In this document: in pieces, positions 32,864 through 44,460 of the stretch
Position numbering within the stretch: position 1 is the first letter of the stretch
Layout: every line of letters starts with the position of its first letter
Assembly: GCF_018350175.1 (NCBI RefSeq)
Contig: NC_058373.1
Location: forward strand, 35,836,001-35,900,000
Direction: 5' to 3'
DNA from: Felis catus
Taxonomy: Eukaryota
Length of the DNA: 64,000 nt
Program-made: the position numbers and the translations under genes
Notes under the pieces: generated by a model
Databases searched by the model: none
The model's input: the letters and a program-made list of their open reading frames with translations, nothing else
What the model was told of the DNA's origin: nothing

Positions 32864-35800
32864 TGTTTTCTGTGGGACTCAAGCGCTTGTCCAGGGAGCC
32901 AGGCGAGGAACAGGCTCGAAAAACCCTCACCACGCTGTGTTCTGAACTTCTATTCACTTGACACTCGGGTTAACGCACCGGTAGCAGCCTTTCCCTTCAG
33001 GATGAATCCCTTCCCTGGAGGATTGTCAACTACCCCTTGCAAACTGACCCCCATTAGGGGACAAGCATGGTCAATAGGCCTTCAGCTCATCCTCGCTGTG
33101 GAATAATGTGTCAGGTGGCCTGTTCCAAAGAACCCATTTGCTGATGAACTATGGGTTCGCACGTGCCCTGGTCTCACCTCTGAAACTACCTTGCTGTGTG
33201 GCCTCAGACCAGCACGAAGCTGCTTGGGGCTTCTGTCTTCCTATCCGTGATATCAAGTTGAACGGCTTGATCCTAAGACCCTGTCTACTTGTGACTTGAA
33301 ATTCTCACCGTTCACACACTGGAAATCTAAGGTATGCGATGTCATGTCTTTCCCCTTCCTCTGGCCTTCCAGACTCCTCTCTGCTCTGCTCCCTCTCTCT
33401 CCTTCCCCGTGGAAAGTCACAGTGCCTGGGTCTTCTCTTCAGACTCTCTCCTTGCGGATTTTCTTACCATCTCTTCCCCTTGTTTCTCCAGGCCCCACGG
33501 TGGGAACAGCCCTACGGTGACTGTGTTATCCCTCGTGGTTCTACTGCTCCCAGACAACACCTCAGCAAGCGGTCCTTTGTCAACAAACCCTCCTCAGTGG
33601 GGGACATCGTGGGTGGTCGGTCATGGAAGAATGAACAGGTGGTCCTATAGGGCTTGGGGTGAATGAGGAGAAGGATGGGGAAGACCTCCCAGGGAAGAGG
33701 CAAGGTTTGCAAGGTTGGGCAGAAGCCTGTCTGGAAGGACAAGAAGTTTAGATAGGCAACGAGAGGGTGGGAGAAGGCCTTTTAGCCAAGAGAGTGGTGA
33801 GGAGGCCGCCATGATGTCTGTCTGTCTGTCTGTCTGGAGGGAAGAATTTGGTAAAGAAGGAACCGGAATGAGGGTCACGGTTGGAAAAGCCAGCGAGGCC
33901 TCAGTTGCAAGGATCTTGAAGGGGAGACTGAAGCCTGGGGCTTTATTTCTAGGGGCAATGAGAGACTTCGGATGGTTCTGGAGCAGGGGAATGGCCCAAT
34001 CACACAAAGCCATTTTAGGAACGCTAATCTAGCAGTGGGGAGCAGACTGTAGTGTCACCGGTGGGGCAGCCCTGCGGGAAGGGCACAGAGGGTGAGGCCA
34101 AGTGTGACTCACCCACCCCCCTACTTCTCCTAGCAGGAGTGGGGGAGGGGCAGGCAGTGCGGGCGATACCCCCGAAGCAATCTCACACTCCTGCCAGCCT
34201 CAAAAGAGCAGAGAGTGAAATGCACCGCATCCTGAAGATGTAAGAGAAAACACATTCTTGGAAGAGATCTCCTCTCAAAGCCGTCCGCCCACAACCCCCA
34301 GAATAAGGGGTTGGCAACCTGCTTCTTCTGGCATCTGATTCAAAACGCTCCCGAGGCCAAGAGGACCTAAAAGAATACCTCTGCTCGTGTGTGCAAGAAC
34401 AGCCCAACGGGGGACCATCTGTTTCAGGATGGGCCCAATGTGGGGGCAGAAACAGTAGCCCCCAAAGGGGTGCTATTTTGGTTTCCAGGAAAGCATCCTG
34501 TGAATATCCCCAGCCACCAACTGGAGATCTCTCTTTAGCTCTCTGCTTAGTTCTTTGCTAAATAGAACCCCCCCCCCCCGCCCAGGTGGTGAGGGTCACT
34601 CTCTAGAAGGTTCTCTGTCACTGACATCTCAGCGGGTGGAAGGAGTCCAGGGGTTCTGATCACCCGAGACAGTGCAGACCCAGTAAGCAACAGAAAGGTT
34701 AAAGGGCGGCAGATTCAAGGACAGAGACCACCCAAACTCCTGCAAAAACTTCTGTTAAGGATGGGCCCTATACCTCCTCCTTGACGAGATTGGTTTTAGT
34801 ACCAAACGTGGCTAGAAAGGTCCTTCCTCGAGGTCCACCTCCCTGACCATCCCCTGGTGATGTCCAGGTGATTGCCGTGTTCCAAGGGAGGCACGGTGGT
34901 TGCATGGATGAAGAAAAGAGGGGGCTATCTCCAAGCTCTGGAACACTCTAACATTTAGACGTCCAGTAAAAGAGACAGAGCCAGCAAAGGAGGGGGGAAT
35001 CTGTGAAACCCAGAAAGTGAGTGTCACAAAAGCCAGAAGGAACCAAGGCAGAGGAAGTGGCCAAATACCTCTGATGCTCCTGGGGGAAGCGAGTACCAAG
35101 GGACAGTTACGGAGGTCATCATCGATGATCCGGACAAGAGTACTGTCAGTGGCGTGGAGGAACCAGGACCTTCGGAGGTAGATACGTTTATCTCCACTTT
35201 GTAGACGAGGACGCTGAAGCAGAGAGAGGTAACCTGACTTACCCAAAGCCTAGACACCTGTTAGACCGTGACCCTACTGCCTGCGATCACGGGGTCCCAA
35301 AGGGTGTTGCAGACGCGGTTGATGGTGACACCGGTGGATGTCAACGGCGATGTTGATATTGCTGCTGGTGGTGGTGACGGTGACGCTGTTAGTGGCCGTG
35401 CAGATGGGGAAGTTTGATCATGACTGTGATGTAGACATTGGTCTATGGAATCAGACAGATCCAGAGCTATATCCCAGCCAGAGACGCATAAGCTTTTCAA
35501 CCTTTGAGCCTGCGTCCCTGGCTGTGAGACGGAGATACTCCTGCCTACCTCAGAGGCAGTGGACACAATGCATTGTGGGAATGGCATGGACGGGGAGGCA
35601 CCTGAAGCACCGGGCTGCTAGCCGATCCTCAGGAAATGGCTCATTCATTTGTCCTCAGGGCCAGTTTAGGGGGCACAGTGGCCATCGCTCCATGAGCTGA
35701 GCTTGTCTCCCTAGACCCATCCTTCCAGGGTAACTGCCCTCCCCAACCAGAGTCAACTCCATCCTCAAGGTCAGTCATGGCCATCTTGCGGACCATCTGC

Positions 35801-36099
35801 TCCCCAGGGTCGCCCCTCGAGGCCCATGCCCTGCTCCAGCAACGCTGCCCTGCCGGGACCCCCACCCTCGTGTCTGCCCTCCCGGCGCGTGAACGCCCAA
35901 AGAGACCCTGAAAGGAAGAAGGTGGAAAGAAGGCAACACTTAATACTGTCACGTGCTCAGCTCTCTGCTCTCACGTAGCCGGGAAAGACGGGGTGTAGGC
36001 TTGCATCGGGGTGCTGGAACCAGACGTGCCCGGAATGAAGCCCCTCCCTTCCTTGATGTCTACTCAGATAGCGGCTTCTCCACGAGGCCCACCGCGACT

Positions 36100-36335
36100 G
36101 CCACCTCTCCTGTGCCCTCACCCGCAACACCTTCCCTGCCACCCTCATCCTGCTCGTGTCTCCCCATTCCCCTTTCTAACTTGCTACGTGTTCTTCCCGT
36201 GTATTACGTCTGTCTGTCTCTCACGGAGATGTAAATTCCAAAGGGCAGAGTCTAATACCTCTTTTGTTCACCGAGGCGTCCCTAACACCTGAGACGGGGC
36301 TGGGAGCTAGGAAGCGCTCACTAAACATTTATTTG
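36100..36335 (+). mobile_element. L2 3' end
   Basis: GATGTAAATTCCAAAGGGCAGAG..TTTTGTTCACCGAGGCGTCCCTAACACCTGAGAC..TAGGAAGCGCTCACTAAACATTTATT. Confidence 0.85.
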
Positions 36336-38149
36336 CAGCGTCAGGTACCAGCTGGGCCCCCAGTAACACACACATACACAGCCGGCCCATAACGGACGGT
36401 GAACCGGCCCCGCGCGGCTCCAAACCCGGGCCCCTCGCAGACAACAAAGTCAAGTTTCTTCCTGGTCACAGCCCCTCACCTCACCCCACCCGTCATTCTC
36501 CAGAACCCTTTCATTTTGAAGTCTCCCTCTTGGATCAAGCCATTTAAGCATTACAGGGCTGGGCTGCTATGGGAGGAAGACAGAATGTTCCCTGGATTCT
36601 AGAAGGTGCCGGGCCCAGCATGCTTTGAGGTAAAGCAGAGAGGCTGGTCTGGCCCACCCCGGCCTGGCTGGAGGCCCTTTCGGTTTAAAAGCTCCTCAGT
36701 CAACTCCACGCCCAAGGGGCAGAAGGCAGGTCCGCGCTGTGTTTGCTCCGAGGGGTCCACCTACTGGGAAGACGCAGGTAAGTCAAACAAGGCTATTTGT
36801 TCTCCCAGTACAGCAAACAAAAAAAAACAGGACAAATTCTTCTCCAAGGCCTCCTCACTGGACCCGAGAGGCATAATTCAAGTGATGGGAAGACAAATGT
36901 TTTCCCGGAGAAAATGATAAAACCCGAGGCAGGAAAAGCAAACAGCATCTTCAAAAGGGCAGCGGGCGAAGTTGGTATGGAGCTGCCCCAGGAGCAGGTA
37001 GGGAAGATTCCAGAAGTGGGAAGCACTTGGGCGGGCTCCTGGTTTAGAGGGATGGGCCAGCCATGCTTGGGCTCGAACTCATTCACTCATTCACTCATTC
37101 ATTCGGCCAGTCAGTCCGCCCTTTCACACATGTGTGATGAACAAGCAGGCTCTGGCTGGTGCTATGTGCCTGAGGGCCTCCACGTTCTCATCTGTGAAAT
37201 GGGCTCGCGCCGGATTGCCGGGGAGGTGAAAAGTGATGTGAGAAGCCCTACACAGGGTCTGGCTCATGACCAGATTCTCTGATATGTCCCCTCGGGCACC
37301 TCCTCCCTCTGATCTTCTGGCTTTATCTCTAGCTCCCCTCTCCCCTTTCCCAAGCCCCAGCCAAGTGTCCTCTTTGTCCCACCTGCCTCTGCCCCATTCG
37401 CTCTGGCCTCTTGGCCTTTATCCGCGCCGTTCTCCCCACCTCCGGTGCCCTTCCCACCAAGGGATCTCCACACAGTAACGTGCACCAAATTCCCAAATCG
37501 AACAGGCTCCTGATCAATCCTCTGCACCCCACTGTGCCCCCAAACCTAGTCTTCCTGTGTGTTTCGGTGAAAACTCCATCCCAATAGTGCTCTTGTAGAA
37601 ACCGGGGGGGGCCCCATGGGTCCCCCTTTCTGCTCACCCAGCATGGCTGCTGTCTGCAAGGTCACACCAGTCTTGGCTCAGCCCTCCTGCAGGTCCCAGC
37701 CTGCTTTGCGCATCCCGGACTCTAGCTGGGCATTCACTTCCCTCCTTCCCTTTTTGGCCTCAGATAGCCTCCTGAGACCTTAAAACTCCAGTTCAGCACT
37801 TCCTCCAGGAAGCCCTCCCTTGTCCCGTCAGGCTGGGTTACCTGCCTACCCACCCCACCCTGCTCCTTCCCAGAGCACCTGGGCTTACCTTGGCCCCACA
37901 CGGTCCCATCTGGCCCAGACCTGCCTCCTTCTCATGGTGAGCTCATCCAGGCCTAGGAACCTGGCACACTTACCTCTGCCCTCAGGTTTCTAGCCGAGGG
38001 CCTAGTACTCGGAAGACTCCAGAAAGGCTGCGGTGGGTGGCTCACGTCTAGGCCCGAGAGCTGAGACAAGAGGCGGGGGCTCTGGCAACGTGGGATAAGT
38101 GAACTCATCCCATCAAGGGGGGGGTGAGGGTGGAAGAATGAGGGTGTCA

Positions 38150-38640
38150 AGGACAGTTGTCAAGAGGAGGAAATGTACAAGCTAAGACTGCAAAGAGGAG
38201 AAAAAATTAGCTAGACAGAGAAGGTGGGAAAAATTTTCCCAAGCAGTGGGCGGCAGGGGGGAAGCATGTGCAAAGGCCCGGGGGAGGCTTTGATGGCCCC
38301 TGAGAGGTTGTGGGCAAGTGTAGCTAAGGGACTTCTGAAGGTGTCTCTGGATCTTTTCTTACACGGATGGACGGGCCCTGGGGAGTCCCGAACTGAACTG
38401 GGACACGATCACATTGCATCAGAAAGACGCCGCCGAGTGCTGTGTGGATGGACAAGGGGGTCAGGAAATGCCACACTCCTGGCTGTTTGGCCAATGCCAA
38501 GGTCCATGGAAGAAATGCAGGAACAGGTGGTGGCAATGAAGACGGACAGAAACGGATGGATGCGGGGGTATTTCGGGCAGAGTCAACACAGTTTGGTGAT
38601 GGATTGTGTGTGGGACCCAAGGGAGAGAGAGAGAGGTCAA
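38150..38640 (-). mobile_element. L2 fragment
   Basis: GCATGTGCAAAGGCCCGGGGG, and CAGAGTCAACACAGTTTGGTGATGGATTGTGTGTGGG. Confidence 0.7.
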
Positions 38641-38959
38641 CAGCCCCGTGCATGAGTGAATCCTTTGCCCCAAGGTCCAAGGGCTCCCAGCCAAGTCTCC
38701 CGTGGTGCCCTCTTTCTTCCCCGAATCGAGACAAGAGGTCAAACCCAGCCACCTGTCAGCTAGGCTCTGTCTTCCTCTGCCAAGAGCAGACATTGCTACC
38801 AGGGGTCCCAACTGGCAGAACGTTCTTCCTGTCCTAGCGCAGGGGAAGTGAGCGGGGAGAAGCAGCAAGGGGAGAGAACCGGCCCTGATGGAACACCTCC
38901 CAACAAACGCACGTGCCAGGCACGGTAAGCGGTACTTTAGCTCTGAGCGTTCAGCCACT

Positions 38960-39154
38960 CTTTTTATTTTAGGTTATTTATTTTGACAGAGAGGGAGAGG
39001 CAGAGAGAGAGGGAGAGAAAGAGAATCCCCAGCAGGCTCCGCGCTGTCAGCGCAGAGCCCGACGCGGGGCTCGAACTCATTGAACCGTGGAGATCACGAC
39101 CTGAGCCGACACCAAGAGTCGGGCGCTTAATCGACGGAGCCAGCCAGGCGCCCC
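38960..39154 (-). mobile_element. Can-SINE inside a MIR
   Basis: Antisense SINE with near-TSD TTCA(G/T)CCACTC on both sides. Confidence 0.9.
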
Positions 39155-41269
39155 TGAGTTTTCATCCACTCTCACGATAATCTCTGAAGTGATAGATGTA
39201 TCACGCCTAACGGCTGGGGGCGGGACAGACTGTGGTCTCCGTCGCCACTCTCCACCCCCGTGATCCTGAGCAAATTTCTTCACCATTCTGAATCTGTTTG
39301 TTTGGTTGTTTTTTTTTTTTTTTTTTAATCTAAAACATGGTGATATTAATGATCCTTAATGCACTGGGGTTTTTAGCACACGGTTTATGGCACAGGCTCA
39401 GCACATACTATCTATTTGTGGCGCCCCTTGTATAGGTGGGGAAGCGGCACGTGATCACGCGCTGGGGTTGGGCTTCAGACCCGGATCTCTTGGCTCCGGG
39501 GCCAGATCTCTTCCCTCCCCCCTACTTGTTGGGTCGCTTGTGACGCCGCTAGGAAGCCAGTCTATGGGTGTGGTTCAAACAGGGGGCGTTCTGGGCACCA
39601 GAGCCAGCTGCTGGCGGCGCTGCGGCCTGGGGGCGTCGACCACAGCTAGAGCTGGGGCTAAGAGAAGCAGCAGTGGAAACTCAGACTCTCAGTCGGGCCG
39701 AGGAATCCTCGTGGAGCACTTACTGCTTGCAAACCTTCGTGCCGGGCCCTGTGGGCAATAAAGCTTATCCTCTGCCCTCAAGGAACTAGCAGTCTGCTCC
39801 GATATCTGAGACACACATCTGAATCTGTCAATTGCCAATTCACAACGGCGATGTAAAGAAATCAATCCCCACTGTTGTAATACCAGCCCAAATCGCAAAG
39901 ACCACAGTCGTAACAGATGTCCAGGCCTGCCCTGGGGTTCGGAACGATTAACCACGCCAGGAGGGTCCTGATCTGGCCGCAGCCTGTGGGAACAGGGCCC
40001 AGGGGCTTTAGGTGGCCCCAGGGCTTCACGTGAGCCCACACAGAGCTGTGACTGCTTCGGAAGCGAACACGATCCCGGGACCAGAGACACAGGCGTGAGG
40101 TTCAGGCCAGCAGAGGTAACGGGCATAAGGCTCGGGCTTCATTTGGAAAGGTTCCAGCCCTGGGGGCCACATTCACTAGGAACGAAGACCGAGAATGTCC
40201 CCCGAGGGGTGGGAGGTCAAAGAGTCACACCCCTTGAAGAATTATCTAAAGAAAATTGGATAACTAGATCACGGTCCTGACCAGGGCAAGGAAAGGCTTG
40301 GCTGGGCGTGGGCACCATCTTCAAATACCTGTCGAGGGCCTGAGTGAGCCTAGACAGTCAGCAGACCCACATCCGAGGGCCGGCCCCACCACGTCCCGAG
40401 CTGGGGAACACTGCAGGTTACTGAATTCTCCCGGGCCTCGGTTTTCTCATCCGAAAGATGGGAATAAAGATGCGGATATGAAAATTAAATGCGATGGCAG
40501 AGCTGGACAGAGGGCAGCGCTCAAGAGAGCCTACTCCTTCCTCCTCTGAGACATCGAAGGCCTGCTCTCAAAGGCACAAACTATGGGGGGAGGGGAGGAG
40601 GGGAGCCACAGGCACCCATTAGCGTGTTGGCCAGGCGGGAGCGCGGACCCCAGGGAACTGGCTCACCAGGGGTCAAGGGCCCCAGAAGGTGGTTCCGCAG
40701 AAGGGACTCAGGGAACCAGGGTCATATCAGAAGACCTCGAACGGATGCAACCAGTGTGGAAAGGCAAACCAGGGGAGCCTCTGGGCTTCACTGGGGACAA
40801 CATTCCCTGCTCCCGCATTGCTGTCAGCTCATTCCCCATGTTCCGTGGGAACAGCCATCTCCAAAGTGTCGGTTTGGGTCCCCCCAAGAAGCAGGGTGTG
40901 AACAAGGACCCGGGTACATACAGTATAACTGGCAGGTGACCCCAGGAAGTGAGGATGGGGCGAGGGCTGGCGGGGAAAAGCTGTCCCTGTGCACTTACTG
41001 AGAGGTCACCACTGTGGGCAACTGAGAGCCACCCGTGGGGGTCCCCTCTGAGGAACTGAGCCTACAGAGCTCCCTGAGGCTGGGACGCTGGAGCACTGAC
41101 CTCGCCCCCACCTTGCAGCATATGCTACGGGTCTGACTGCGCGAAACCCCGAGTCCCAGGCTTTGCCCCCAGACCCACGAACCAGCCTCTCTGGAAATGG
41201 AGCCCACAGATGTGCCTTTTAACCAGCGCCCAAGGTAAGGCAGGTAGACAAAAGTCAGACACGCAGAGG

Positions 41270-41410
41270 TACACCATATTTGAGACATACTTATACTAAA
41301 ATATTACTTGTTTATCCCCAGCTGATTCCGATGTACCGTAAAATTCAAGGATCTTTTTATATACTCTCCCCAAGTTATTCTATCCATGCCCCTAATTTTA
41401 ATTAGCAACT
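41270..41410. mobile_element. MER53-like half element
   Basis: ATATTTGAGACATACTTATACTAAAATATTACTTGTTTATC..AAATTCAA. Confidence 0.7.
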
Positions 41411-41699
41411 ACACTTAGTGGCTCAGACTTCTTTCTCGCCCAGACCTCTCCCCCAAGGTCCAGAAATGGTGGGCCACTGGACATCTCAAATCTGATGTGT
41501 TCAAAATAGAGCTCACTGTTCACCGCCCCGTCCCGCACTGCTCTCCAAACCGGTTCCTCTTTCTTTCCCCTTCTCAGCTGGTAGCCCCACCATCCCCTTG
41601 TTGCCCAGGGGGGGCTATCCCAACACTCCTTCCTCCCCATCACCCCCTCGTCAGTCCCTGGATTGGGCTGGCTGTGTTGCCCAGGGCCCCTGGCATCCG

Positions 41700-42211
41700 T
41701 GTGGTGGCCTGAATACCAGCCTTGCAGATATGTTCGCATCCCAGTCCCTGAAACTGGGGAGTGGTAACTTCTATGGTAAAGGGAAGTTGCAGATGTGATT
41801 AAGTTAAGGGCCTTGAGTTGGGAGAGTATCCTGGATTACCCAGGGCCGGGGGGGAGGGAACGGGGGAGGCTTGGACCTCCACGACCATCCTTATAAGAGG
41901 GACAGAGGAGGCTCAGAGCCAGACAGAAGGAGAAGTAATGATAGAAGCAGAGACTGGCGCGATGTGTGTTAAAGATGAAGGAAGGGGCCACGAGCCAAGG
42001 ACCGAGGCAGCCTCTTGAAGCTAGAAGAGGCAGCCTGGAAACAGATTGTCCCTGGGGCCTCCGGAAGGAGCCAGTCCTGCCAGTATCCTGATGTAAGCCC
42101 AGTGAAGCGGATTTTGGACTTCTGGCCTCCAGAACCGTAAGATAAATTTGTGTCGCGTGAAGCCACTGAATCTGTGGCCAGGGGTTACCGCAGCGAAAAG
42201 AAACGAATACA
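41700..42211 (+). mobile_element. MLT1D solo LTR (MaLR), full length, inserted in an L2
   Basis: TG...CA termini (TGTGGTGGCCTGAATA ... GAAACGAATACA); TTGCAGATGTGATTAAGTTAAGG; GACTTCTGGCCTCCAGAACCGTAAGATAAATTTGTGT. Confidence 0.9.
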
Positions 42212-42414
42212 GTCCATCAACTCTTCTCCTTTCGCACGGTGCCTGCCTGGCTTCTGTCCCCCGTCTGCTGCAGACTCCTCATGAGGGTCTCCTGCTTCCG
42301 GGCTGGCTTCCTCCACGGCACCACCAAAGTGGTCTCTCTCCCGCCTCCCCTCCTTTGGCTCTATTCCTTCAGACTGCTGGCTTCTGGTTTCATAAGCCCT
42401 TGTTCTTCTGTGTT

Positions 42415-42641
42415 TTTCTTTTAATTTTCTTAACATTTATTTATTTTTGAGAGACAGAGACAGAGCGTGAGCAGGAGAGGGGCGGAGAGAGAGAGAGAGA
42501 GGGAGACAAAGAATCCGAAGCAGGCTCCAGGCTCTGAGCTGTCAGCACAGAGCCCGACGCGGGGCTCGAACCCACGAACGGTGAGATCATGACCTGAGCC
42601 GAAGTCGGACGCTTAACTGATGGAGCCACCCAGGCTCCCCC
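42415..42641 (-). mobile_element. Can-SINE
   Basis: Antisense head, GA tract and T tail. Confidence 0.95.
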
Positions 42642-42649
42642 CTTGTCCT

Positions 42650-42965
42650 TCTTTCTGACAGGAATGCCTTTCCCTAACTTTTTTTTTTTTTTGGCCAAAC
42701 TCCTATTCATACAACAAAACCCAACTCAGGTATAACTTCCCCCAGAAAGCCTTCCCTGGCTGTCTCTCCATCTCAAAAGAGTTCATGAGACCCCACTCTA
42801 ACCTCGTACAACCTTTATTCCTTGACCAATTTCCCACTGTTGCAGGGGAGTGGGGACGCGTCGGTGCCCCTACCAGACTCTGAGCCCTTGAAGACAGGAA
42901 CAGTTTCTTGTGTGCTTTTGAATCCCCAAGACCTCAGAGATAATCCATATGTGTTTGTTAAATGG
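42650..42965 (+). mobile_element. L2 3' end
   Basis: GGAATGCCTTTCCC..CAGAAAGCCTTCCCTG..ACCAGACTCTGAGCCCTTGAAGACAGGAACAG..GTTTGTTAAATG. Confidence 0.8.
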
Positions 42966-43265
42966 GGGCAAATAAAGGTTTCTCTAAGTTCCAGCATTTT
43001 ATGATTTTATGCTGCTGTTTCGTAGGGCTCTCTCTAAATCCGCTGTTCTCTACAAAGAAGCAGAAAGACAATTATTTTTCTTTTCCATTGCTAGTTCCTG
43101 TTAATTCAGTCAAGATAAATAAAAATTAATAGGCACTCATTTGTCATGTGGATTTAATAATCCAAAATTACATTTGTCTTGGCCCAGAGTGTTAATACAT
43201 CTCATAATATTTGCAATTTGCTGAGAAAAATTTAGGATCCAGTGTTGTCTCTCTCACTTAAATGA

Positions 43266-43267
<2 letters not shown>

Positions 43268-43306
<39 letters not shown>
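43268..43306. repeat. (CA)n microsatellite
   Basis: Perfect CA run. Confidence 0.97.
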
Positions 43307-43309
<3 letters not shown>

Positions 43310-43552
43310 TAGCAGGAACTAGGGAAGGAAGATAGAACAAAACTGTGGATTCACTCTGCAGCCCCACCCAGACCAGGGCACTGCTCCTTGTCAACAAGGT
43401 GTCCCCAGTCCCGCCAGCCAAAGCTACTCAGAAAAAAGACGATGAGCACCGTGGAAAACTGTCGTGGGAGGGACATAACTTTCTCTTTAGCTCCATTCCT
43501 ACATGATGAACCTTACTTAAGGCCACACTCGGCCTAAAGAAGTCTAGTCATC

Positions 43553-43752
43553 GGGGCGCCTGGGTGGCTCAGTCAGTTAAGCGTCTGACTTCAGCTCAGG
43601 TCATGATCTCCAGGTTTGTGAGTCTGAGCCCCACACTGTGCTCACTGCTCTCAGTGCCGAGCCCAGTTCAGGTCCTCTGTCTCCCTCTCTCTCTCTCTGC
43701 CTCTCCCCCTCTCAAGCACTCTCTTCCAAAAATAAATAAAACATTCAAAAAA
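43553..43752 (+). mobile_element. Can-SINE (older)
   Basis: Head, boxes, CT tract and tail. Confidence 0.92.
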
Positions 43753-44029
43753 GACCACAGGATGGAAACTGACACCCCAAGCATTTAATTCTAAAGCAAG
43801 AAATATTATTACAGAAGGGAGGTGCCTAAAATGTGTAGTCTGTAGCTCGTCCCCTCCACGGCCACTGATGCTTGAAGGGGTTTCGGACAACTCTAGAGAG
43901 TGCCAGGGGCAGGAAGGACAAAAGTCCCTTAGAAGGAAGTGTGATGAGAGTCAGTGTGGTTTGGGAAATGGAGCGGAGGGTTGGAAGGTCTGCAGACCTG
44001 AGCTCAGACCCCAGCTTTGCCCAGCAACA

Positions 44030-44460
44030 GCCATGCTGGACTGGTCTGTCGGTCCACCTTGGCATCCTGCCACCTTGCTGTCCTACAGACTCGTCCAGGA
44101 ACTGGGGTTCTCAGGCTCCTCTTCTGCACAGGGTCCCAGGCTAGATTCTGCCCGGGAGACACTCACGAGATATCTGGAAGGCTAAGGAAAGAGTCCATTC
44201 TCCTCCAGAGGCAGTCAGAAGCAGACCCTCCCGGCAGATGGGAGATTTGCAGCCGCTGCTCACAGCCACTGGCTTCTAGGAGGTTCCGCACAGCTTCCAG
44301 GGGAGTTTCAGGGAACCACCCATTCTGGAGCCTGCAGGGTGACCTTCAGCAATGACTTCGTGACCTTCACTCACTCTCTACCCTTCCAGCAGCTGCGAAG
44401 GTGCTAATTCCCTGAATTAACACCCTTTGTACTTAGAACACACAGAATCCGTTCTGACAA
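44030..44460 (+). mobile_element. LTR33/LTR41-like ERVL solo LTR, inserted in a MIR
   Basis: GGCTAGATTCTGCCCGGGAGACACTCACGAGATATCTGGAAGG and AATTCCCTGAATTAACACCCTTTGTACTTAGAA. MIR halves flank it on both sides. Confidence 0.6.

Noticed and set aside
35338-35700. ORF with a signal-peptide-like N-terminus (MLILLLVVVTVTLLVA)
   Set aside because: It derives from a degenerate (GGT/GAT)n repeat followed by a MIR.
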